DNA of 64,000 bases from Macrostomum lignano. Taxonomy: Eukaryota. A model generated the notes under the pieces. It saw nothing but the letters and a program-made list of their open reading frames with translations, had not been told where the DNA came from and ran no database searches. Each line of letters opens with the position of its first letter. The stretch's first letter is position 1. Shown in pieces: positions 35,724 through 46,374 of the stretch. A program made the position numbers and the translations under genes. Location: NCBI GenBank assembly GCA_002269645.1, contig NIVC01002291.1, forward strand, positions 1-64,000, written 5' to 3'.

Positions 35724-37375
35724 CTAGACAACTAAGACAACTTCTAGTATAATGATTTAAGTTGATATCTATCTATCTACTATACCTAGAGCTAGGACCT
35801 AATACCTAGGCCTATGTTAAATGTTTGGCTAAAAACTGTATTAGAACATTGCTTTGTTATCTTCAATCATTGAGGATAGCAGATAGCATATTAGGTAGAC
35901 TAGTTGCTTTTGCAAATATTTATTTGTATGTATAATGATAAAACTTATAAGAATTATAAAATTGTCATGATTTATATGCTAGACAATGTTAATGCTATAA
36001 TTTTCTAAGTGCTATAAGTGCTATTTCTACTTTTGAGCTTTCAATAGTTTTATTTATATATTGGTTGTCTGGTTCCCAACACTTTCAACTATCTATAATA
36101 TCATTGTTTCCATCATGGGCTACCTTTCATTCTATGAGGCAGACCTAGTCTAAATCTCTACCTGACTAACAAAGAATACTGTATAGCATTGTTCTAAGTC
36201 TATAGTTGAGACTTTCTTGCTATATATATAATGCAAAGATCCAAACTCTAATAGACTTGCTGAAGCACTGAGTTGTACTGCCCATTGCTAGTATAGAAGT
36301 TCTTTTCTGCTTGACTTGGTTTGTCAATGGTGTTAGGGGCTATGCCCCAAGGCACAGAGATGAAGATAGATGTGCTCCATAGTGTCTTTAGCATTGCAGA
36401 AGTCGCAAAGGCTGGTTTCCTGAGGCCGAGGCATTGCTAGATCTAGGGTTGGCAAACTCTGGCCTGCAAAGCCTTTCTATCTGGCCCTTGGGTTCTTTAA
36501 AACTTCACAATAGCAATTGGACCCACTCAGGGCTTGTGTCTTTTCTCAGTTCCCTTTTCAAATCTCCTCTCTCTCCTTGTTTCTCATCTCTTCGCTCCGC
36601 TGTTCTCATCCCTCCTCTGGCGCACATTCATGTGCTAGGTTCTCCATCTGACCCTTGATGTAAAAAAGTTTATTAACCCCTGATCTGAATGGACAGGATG
36701 CTGACCCTAGCCTAGAGCTGGTTCTGGTTCACCACAGCCTGCTTTCAGGCGGGACCTAGCTGTCCTTAGTGTTATGGAAGTGCAGCCCAACTATTCTGTT
36801 GTTAATATTGAATCATGCAGTCTATGTCTAGACAGAGGGCAGCTTTGGTGCAGTCAATGGTGATGCTGACCTCCACCTGACAATGTGGCAGCTTCAGCCA
36901 CTGTTGGTTGCTGTGGCCTGGTACTAACAGTACAGAAGTGACCACATTCTGGTGCTGAAGGGGAATGTTTTGCTGCTGAAACCGCAAGTACCAGCAGCGT
37001 GATTTATTATTACCATTGTTAAATGCAACAGCCAGTATAATACATGAAGCTGTTATTTTAGCAGATATTAGCAGATTTAGCAGATTTAGAAAATTGTAGA
37101 AACAGAAATTATACTCGCATAGTGGCAACATAGCACTAGTCTATCACTCATACTCTACCCTGCATATACTGAAGTGCTGGCACCCAAGGTGACAAATTCA
37201 AGCCTTGCTTCTGTGCAAGTTAAACTGCCAAATATATTTTAGACTACATCCTGATCTTTAGTGTCGGCCAATTAAAAGTTAAACACTTGTCATTTGTAGT
37301 TGTACGCTGTGTTAGTCAATAAAAGTGCATACAGGAACTGCTTGTACTATATTGCAGCTTAGCCAGAATCTATAG

Positions 37376-40300
37376 ATGGCTACCTCCGGTGCGAGTGGGG
37401 ATGCTGGTGCCAGCGGATCTGGGTAATTTGCTGTTAGGCATTTTATTTTATCGATTTATTTCGCCTTTTAGAAGCAGCCTGTTGCATTATTGAAGCAATT
37501 TCAAATTTTAGATCTGGGCCTAGCTATCAACCAAATAAAAGGCTGCAACAGACTCAAGCTCAAGTTGATGAGGCAAGTGGTTAATACTCATATTGTATTA
37601 GACTGTTAGAGTTAGTAATTGTTCTTTAGGTACAGCTTCACGCCTTCCACCTCCCCGCCAGGTTGTCGGTATTATGCGCGTCAACGTTGAAAAAGTGATG
37701 CAACGCGATGAAAAGATTTCTGACTTGAATGAGCGAGCTGGTAAGTGGCTAATTTACACTTTCAAAACCTACCGCTGTGTTCCTACCGTTATGTCTTCTC
37801 TATGCATTTGTGTTAGTCCCCTATTTATGATAAACATTGGCGCTAACCTTCACTTACTTTCGCACTACTGGAAGAATATCTTTGGCCCTGTTAATCAATG
37901 TTGTCTTCTTTAATTTTAATTAGCTGTTTCTTTATTTGTGTTGTCTTTGCTAATTATTGCGTATCCTGCTGTTAACTAGGCCACCCCCTACTTATAGTAG
38001 TTTGCAGCTTAAACAGAATCAATCAATGACCAGAAAGCATCAGTGAGATTCCTCATCTCATCCTGTACCAGAAGGAATTAATGAGATTTCTCATCTCATC
38101 CTGTACCAGAAGAAATTAATGAGATTTCTCATCTCATCCTGTACCAGAAGGAATTAATGAGATTTCTCATCTCATCCTGTACCGGAAGGAATTAGTGAGA
38201 TTCCTCATCTCATTCTGTACCGGAAGGAATTAATGAGATTTCTCATCTCATTCTGTACCGGAAGGAATTAATGAGATTCCTCATCTCATCCTGTACCAGA
38301 AGGAATTAATGATATTCCTCATCTCATCCTGTACCAGAAGGAATTAATGAGATTTCTCATCTCATCCTGTACCAGAAGGAATTAATGAGATTCCTCATCT
38401 CATCCTGTACCAGAAGGAATTAATGAGATTCCTCATCTCATTCTGTACCGGAAGGAATTAATGAGATTCCTCATCTCATCCTGTACCAGAAGGAATTAAT
38501 GAGATTTCTCATCTCATTCTGTACCAGAAGGAATTAATGAGATTTCTCATCTCATCCTGTACCAGAAGGAATTAATGAGATTTCTCATCTCATCCTGTAC
38601 CAGAAGGAATTAGTGAGATTCCTCATCTCATTCTGTTGATATTTCTCATCCTGTGCCAGAAGGAGTTGGTAAGGTTTCTCATCTCATCTTGTACCAGAAG
38701 GAATTTCTGAGATTCCTCATCTCATCCTGTACCAGAATCAGTGAGATTTCTCATCCTGTCCAAGGCAAAACGAATGCCCCTTGTCATTTGCACCAAGACT
38801 ATAATATGTACCAAGACTAAACCCCGCTTACCGGCTGCACCACACGCCTCAGACGCCCTTCAGGCTGGCGCCTCCCGCTTTGAAGCCAGCGCCGGCCGTC
38901 TAAAACGAAAGTATTGGTGGCAAAACACCAAGGTACTGTGCTGCGAGTTGCCCGGCATGACTTTGAGTCGCTAATGCTGATTTAAGAGAGTAGAGAGTTA
39001 AATGATTGGCTCGGTTTTTGCGATTTTTTTAAACTACCAATTTATAAATTTTATCCAATCAACTGATTAAATGAGAATCATTGTTGACTTCCAACCTGCT
39101 TGACTATTCTTGGCTAACACCCTCCTAGATCTTCGAAAATCGGAATTCCTCAGTTCCTTAAATTAGAATAAGCAGCCAACATCTCATCTCCTCAGTTGCT
39201 GGGCCACCCTCTCAGATCCTCAGTTGCTGGTCCACCCTCTCAGATCCTCAGTTGCTGGTCCAGCCTCTCAGATCCTCAGTTGCTGGTCCAGCCTCTCAGA
39301 TCCTCAGTTGCTGGTCCAGCCTCTCAGATCCTCAGTTGCTGGTCCAGCCTCCCAGATCCTCAGTTGCTGGGTCAGCCTCCCAGATCCTCAGTTGCTGGTC
39401 CAGTCTCCCAGATCCTCAGTTGCTGGTCCAGTCTCCCAGATCCTCAGTTGCTGGTCCAGCCTCCCAGATCCTCAGTTGCTGGGCCAGCCTCCCAGATCCT
39501 CAGTTGCTGGTCCAGTCTCCCAGATCCTCAGTTGCTGGTCCAGTCTCCCAGATCCTCAGTTGCTGGTCCAGCCTCCCAGATCCTCAGTTGCTGGGCCAGC
39601 CTCCCAGATCCTCAGTTGCTGGTCCAGTCTCCCAGATCCTCAGTTGCTGGTCCAGCCTCCCAGATCCTCAGTTGCTGGGCCAGCCTCCCAGATCCTCAGT
39701 TGCTGGTCCAGCCTCCCGGATCCTCAGTTGCTGGTCCAGCCTCCCGGATCCTCAGTTGCTGGTCCAGCCTCCCGGATCCTCAGTTGCTGGTCCAGCCTCC
39801 CGGATCCTCAGTTGCTGGTCCAGCCTCCCAGATCCTCAGTTGCTGGTCCAGCCTCTCAAATCCTCAGTTGCTGGTCCAGCCTCCCAGATCCTCAGTTGCT
39901 GAGACAGCCTCGCAGATCCTCAGTTGCTGGGCCGCCCTTCAGATCCCCAGATTGAGCAACCAACATCGCAGATCCTAAACAGTAGTTAATTCTGTCCTAT
40001 AATCGAGAAATTGTGTATGATGCAGCCTTGCAGTACATTGTTTTGCTTCGATTGATTGCATTTTATCAACAATTTATACCTGCAATTAGCATGCTCACTG
40101 AACAAACCAATATCAATGGTTATTCAGCATAAAGTTCTACACTGATTTGCATTCACTTTTTAATTGCATTGCATTTTGCCACTAACAGACACTCTGCGCA
40201 TTGGGACGCAACAATTTTCTAATGTTGCCACCAGAATGAAACGAAAATACTGCTGGCAGAATGCCAAGGTTGCTCAATGCTTTTTATATACATATAACAT

Positions 40301-42579
40301 GCTTTTGAGTTTTGCTAGTAAAAATTAAGACCAAATTGTGTGCTGGGTTATCTTGACAGTAATTACTCGAAAAGTAACTCATCTAACCTTGCGTATATCA
40401 ATGCACTCGTGCTTCTCAAAAATTGTAACCAGGAGTTTTTTATTTAACTTTTATCTGTACCCCGGCGCATATATTTTATGTATGACCTGAATTGTCACGG
40501 GAAGTTAACACCAGCTAAAGCCCTTCGAAATGTTATTACAGTTATTTTTCACTCTGAAGATTTCACAAAATACAGAAATCTTCTATTTAGATTGCGTGGG
40601 CTGCCAGCCTCCCAGATCCTCAGTTGCTGGGCCAACCTCCCAAATCCTTAGTTGCTGGGTCAGCCTCCCAGATCTCCAGTTACTGGGCCAGCCTCCCAGA
40701 TCCTCAGTTGCTGGGCCACCCTCCCAAATCCTGAGTTGCTGGGCCAGCCTTCCAGATCTTTAGTTGCTGCACAAGCCTCCAAGATCCTCAGTCGGTGGAC
40801 CACCCTCCCAGATCCTCAGTTGCTGGGCCACCCTCTCAGATCCTCAGTTGCTGGTCCACCCTCCCAGTTCCTCAGTTGCTGGGCCAGCCTCCCAGTTCCT
40901 CAGTTGCTGGGCCAGCCTCCCAGATCCTTAGTTGCTGGGCCACCCTCCCAAATCCTCAGTTGCTGGGCTAGTCTCCCGGATCCCCAGTTGCTGGGCCAGC
41001 CTCCCAGATCCTCAGTTGCTGGGCCACCCTCCCAGTTCCTCAGTTACTGGGCCAGCCTCCCAGATCCTCAGTTGCTGGGCCAGCCTTCCAGATCCTCAGC
41101 TGCTGGGCCACCCTCCCAGTTCCTCAGTTGCTGGGCCAGCCTCCCAGTTCCTCAGTTGCTGGGCCAGCCTCCCAGATCCTTAGTTGCTGGGCCAGCCTCC
41201 CAAATCCTCAGTCGCTGGGCTAGTCTCCCGGATCCCCAGTTGCTGGGCCAGCCTCCCAGATCCTCAGTTGCTGGGCCAGCCTTCCAGATCCTTAGTTGCT
41301 GGACCAGCCTCCAAGATCATCAGTCGGTGGACCACCCTCCCAGATCCTCAGTTGCTGGGCCAGCCTACCAGATCTCCAGTTACTGGGCCAGCCTCCCAGA
41401 TCCTCAGTTGCTGGGCCAGCCTCCCAGTTCCTCAGTTGCTGGGCCAGCCTCCCAGATCCTGAGTTGCTGGGCCAGCCTCCCAGATCCTCAGTTGCTTGGC
41501 CAGCTTCCCAGATCCTGAGTTGCTGGGCCAGCCTTCCAGATCCTTAGTTGCTGCACAAGCCTCCAAGATCCTCAGTCGGTGGACCACCCTCCCAGATCCT
41601 CAGTTGCTGGGCCAGCCTCCCAGATCCTCAGTTGCTAGGCCAGCCTCCCAGATCCTCAGTTGCTAGGCCAGCCTCCCAGATCCTGATGCACCTGTAAAAA
41701 AGCTTTCATTGGTCTTTTAGTGGGAAGAAGGAAAAATGGCATATAACAACAAATCCATCTAAAAACGAACAGAAGTCATGCACTCAGACTTTGCTCCATT
41801 TTGCCAATGTTTTTTCAATGCTCGTTTTTACCTGCATAATCCAGTTTAACATGCAACAGTGAGAGTTTTCTGACTCGCCAATGCTAAATAACAGTATTTG
41901 ATTTTTTTTAAAGTTCCAGGCACATGCAGTACATCTAGTTTAAATTGTTTGTTTCAGATGATGCTCATCATCGGTGTCATTGTGGTTATCATCATACTCA
42001 TCATAATCAGTGAGTTCGGCCGGTCCGTTTTTCAGTGGGCTATGACCGAATCGATTTTAGTGGGTTATGACCGATCCTATTACAGTGGGTTATGACCGAT
42101 CCAATTTCAGTGGGTTATGACCGATCCGACTTCAGTGGGGTATGACCGATCCAATTTCAGTGGGTTATGACCGATCCGACTTCAGTGGGGTATGACCGAT
42201 CCAATTTCAGTGGGTTATGACCGATCCGACTTCAGTGGGGTATGACCGATCCAATTTCAGTGGGTTATGACCGATCCGATTTCAGTGGGTTATGACCGAT
42301 CCGACTTCAGTGGGGTATGACCGATCCAATTTCAGTGGGTTATGACCGATCCTACTTCAGTGGGTTATGACCGATCCTACTTCAGTGGGTTATGACCGAT
42401 CCTACTTCAGTGGGTTATGACCGATCCTACTTCAGTGGGTTATGACCAATGCAACCCAATTTAACTCAGTCTACTCAAACTGTCACCACAATAAATTTTC
42501 AGTCTCGGTGGTTAGCAGCAACAAAGGCGGCGGCGGCGGCGGTGGCGGCGGCAGCCCCACATCGGCGCCTGGTCGATAG
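37376..42579 (+). CDS. VAMP: synaptobrevin / VAMP (R-SNARE), ~131 aa
   Basis: Exons 37376-37422, 37512-37572 (GC donor), 37662-37740, 38853-38932, 41958-42009, 42503-42579; 396 nt. Protein: [131 protein letters not shown]; classic synaptobrevin SNARE motif, YWW and TM helix. Confidence 0.96.
38042..38762. repeat. intronic minisatellite, 38-bp unit GAGATTTCTCATCTCATCCTGTACCAGAAGGAATTAAT, ~18 copies
   Basis: Direct inspection. Confidence 0.95.
39190..39977. repeat. 28-bp minisatellite family (CAGATCCTCAGTTGCTGGGCCAGCCTCC), array 1
   Basis: Direct inspection; same family at 40598-41686, 43608-44063, 45923-46374 (+51391-51402), 53265-53665, 55427-55852. Confidence 0.96.
40189..40268 (+). CDS. 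VAMP: alternative (probably mutually exclusive) VAMP exon 4b, [27 protein letters not shown]
   Basis: ACTAACAG| acceptor and |GTTGCT donor; 80 nt with phase 1 in and phase 0 out, the same as exon 38853-38932; open frame, clearly paralogous. Confidence 0.82.
40598..41686. repeat. 28-bp minisatellite family, array 2 (left boundary of the quadruplicated cassette)
   Basis: Direct inspection. Confidence 0.95.
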
Positions 42580-45500
42580 AGAATCCGACACGAAAACGGT
42601 CTGTAGAAGCTGACAAAAATTTAAATTCTGACAAGTTAAGCAGTTTGACAGAAAGTCAAAGTATTCAAGCTGCGCTTAGATAATTTCTTTTTCGAGATAT
42701 TTTGGCACCGTACTTACCTTGCTAATTTAAAAAAAGCTCTCAGTCTCAGTAATTAATGTGTATTATTAGCAATTGCAATAAATGATAAAAATTTTGGAAT
42801 TGATAATCAAAATATCCTACTGTACATCTGTTCATTAGTAGTGCTTTTTGCGTATGTATAATTTGTTATTTTCCTTGTCTAAACAGTTTTCTGATTTGGT
42901 CACTAATTCCTTTGTTCGTTTAACGCGTGATATGCGGCATTTTGGCTATTGAGTAGCGTTGGTAAGAGAGGCCTGGTCAGTCTTCCTTCTAAAGAATTTC
43001 TAAATAAGCGCTACTGTTCTCAAAAAGTTGATTTACATAAACATAAACAAGCTTTTCTATACTGTTTGATACATCGGCTTTCTAAAATATAATGCCGAAA
43101 AAATTAGACTTTTTTGTGTCTTTAAGTAAATTTATTTTCAATAATAAATCTGCCTATGATGGGGGTTGAGCATTGTAGATGAAAATATCTCTATAGTAAT
43201 ATTGCGCATCTGTTGGTACTAATAGGTGGCAAATGTTCATTAGTAGTATGATAAAAGGTGAAAATTACGTGCTGCCGAATCATCATTTATATTATTGTAC
43301 CTATACTAGAGGGCAGGCAACCGTTACAGTAAAATGGGTCTGAAACTCGTTAAGAGCGTCACGCGTTAACATATTATATTTAGTGGGTTTCTAAAAATAG
43401 ATTTTGCTCGCTAATTCTGCCACTCGCAGTAATTGATCACTTTGGCTTGCTGAAGACCGTCTTCTGCAGATGCATAGCGCGCTCCTGTTAAGTGAGTACG
43501 GATTATAAAAGGTGGCGGGGCTAAGGCGCTTGTCAATCATTGGACTGATTGTAATTTTTTGTTTTCTTTGACGCCTGCGTGAAAAATGACCTGGGTCCCG
43601 GCGCTGCCAGATCCTCAGTTGCTAGGCCACCCTCTCAGATCCTCAGTTGCTGGGCCAGCCTCCCAGATCCTCAGTTGCTGGGCCAGCCTCCCAGATCCTC
43701 AGTTGCTGGGCCGCCCTTCAGATCCCCAGATTGAGCAACCAACATCGCAGATCCTCAGTTGCTGGGCCAGCCTCCCAAATCCTCAGTTGCTGGGCCAGCC
43801 TCCCAGATCCTCAGTTGCTGGGCCAGCCTCCCAGATCCTCAGTTGCTGGGCCAGCCTCCCAGATACTCAGTTGCTGGGCCAGCCACCCAGATCCTCAATT
43901 GCTAGGCCAGTCTCCCAGATCCTCAGTTGCTGGGCCAGTCTCCCAGATCCTCAGTTGCTGGGCCAGCCTCCCAGATCCTCAGTTGCTGGGCCAGTCTCCC
44001 AGATCCTCAGTTGCTGGGCCAGTCTCCCAGATCCTCAGTTGCTGGGCCAGCCTCCCAGATCCTGATGCACCTGTAAAAAAGCTTTCATTAGTCTTAGTGC
44101 GAAGAAGGAAAAATGGCATATAACAACAAATCCATCTAAAAACGAACAGAAGTCATGCACTCAGACTTTGCCCCAGTTTGCCAATGTTTTTTTCAATGCT
44201 CGTTTGTACTAGCATAATCCAGTTTAACATGCAACAGTGAGAGTTTTCTGACTCGCCAATGCTAAATAACAGTATTTGATTTTTTTAAAGTTCCAGGCAC
44301 CTGCGGTACATCTAGTTTAAATTGTTTGTTTCAGATGATGCTCATCATCGGTGTCATTGTGGTTATCATCATACTCATCATAATCAGTGAGTTCGGCCGG
44401 TCTGTTTTTCAGTGGGCTATGACCGAATCGATTTTAGTGGGTTATGACCGATCCGATTTCAGTGGGTTATGACCGATCCGACTTCAGTGGGTTATGACCG
44501 ATCCGATTTCAGTGGGTTATGACCAATCTTATTACAGTGGGTTATGACCGATCCAATTTCAGTGGGTTATGACCAATCCTATTACAGTGGGTTATGACCA
44601 ATCCTATTTCAGTGGGTTATGACCGATCCGACTTCAGTGGGTTATGACCGATCCAATTTCAGTGGGTTATGACCGATCCGATTTCAGTGGGTTATGACCG
44701 ATCCGACTTCAGTGGGTTATGACCGATCCAATTTCAGTGGGTTATGACCGATCCGATTTCAGTGGGTTATGACATTTAACATCAGTCTACTCAAACTGTC
44801 ACCGCAATAAATTTTCAGTCTCGGTGGTCAGTAGCAACAAAGGCGGCGGCGGCGGCGGTGGCGGCGGCAGCCCCACATCGGCGCCTGGTCGATAGAGAAT
44901 CCGACACGAAAACGGTCTGTAGAAGCTGACAAAAATTTAAATTCTGACAAGTTAAGCAGTTTGACAGAAAGTCAAAGTATTCAAGCTGCGCTTAGATAAT
45001 TTCTTTTTCGAGATATTTTGGCACCGTACTTACCTTGCTAATTTAAAGAAAGCTCTCAGTCTCAGTAATTAATATGTATTAATAGCAATTGCAATAAATG
45101 ATAAAAATTTTGGAACTAATAATCAAAATATCCTACTGTACATCTGTTCATTAGTAGTGCTTTTTGCGTATGTATAATTTGTTATTTTCCTTGTCTAAAC
45201 AGTTTTCTGATTTGGTCACTAATTCCTTTGTTCGTTTAACGCGTGATATGCGGCATTTTGGCTATTGAGTAGCGTTGGTAAGAGAGGCCTGGTCAGTCTT
45301 CCTTCTAAAGAATTTCTAAATAAGCGCTACTGTTCTCAAAAAGTTGATTTACATAAACATAAACAAGCTTTTCTATACTGTTTGATACATCGGCTTTCTA
45401 AAATATAATGCCGAAAAAATTAGACTTTTTTGTGTCTTTAAGTAAATTTATTTTCAATAATAAATCTGCCTATGATGGGGGTTGAGCATTGTAGATGAAA

Positions 45501-46374
45501 ATATCTCTATAGTAATATTGCGCATCTGTTGGTACTAATAGGTGGCAAATGTTCATTAGTAGTATGATAAAAGGTGAAAATTACGTGCTGCCGAATCATC
45601 ATTTATATTATTGTACCTATACTAGAGGGCAGGCAACCGTTACAGTAAAATGGGTCTGAAACTCGTTAAGAGCGTCACGCGTTAACATATTATATTTAGT
45701 GGGTTTCTAAAAATAGATTTTGCTCGCTAATTCTGCCACTCGCAGTAATTGATCACTTTGGCTTGCTGAAGACCGTCTTCTGCAGATGCATAGCGCGCTC
45801 CTGTTAAGTGAGTACGGATTATAAAAGGTGGCGGGGCTAAGGCGCTTGTCAATCATTGGACTGATTGTAATTTTTTGTTTTCTTTGACGCCTGCGTGAAA
45901 AATGACCTGGGTCCCGGCGCTGCCAGATCCTCAGTTGCTAGGCCACCCTCTCAGATCCTCAGTTGCTGGGCCACCCTCTCAGATCCTCAGTTGCTGGGCC
46001 ACCCTCTCAGATCCTCAGTTGCTGGGCCAGCCTCCCAGATCCTCAGTTGCTGGGCCAGCCTCCCAGATCCTCAGTTGCTGGGCCAGCCTCCCAGATCCTC
46101 AGTTGCTGGGCCGCCCTTCAGATCCCCAGATTGAGCAACCAACATCGCAGATCCTCAGTTGCTGGGCCAGCCTCCCAAATCCTCAGTTGCTGGGCCAGCC
46201 TCCCAGATCCTCAGTTGCTGGGCCAGCCTCCCAGATCCTCAGTTGCTGGGCCAGCCTCCCAGATACTCAGTTGCTGGGCCAGCCTCCCAGATCCTCAATT
46301 GCTAGGCCAGTCTCCCAGATCCTCAGTTGCTGGGCCAGTCTCCCAGATCCTCAGTTGCTGGGCCAGCCTCCCAG

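Noticed and set aside
32860-37131. Coding-like patches in the PHTF-VAMP intergenic region (33181-33372, 36340-37131)
   Set aside because: Stops in the plausible frames, no family motif recognised and no phase-consistent exon chain; possibly decayed transposon or UTR sequence.
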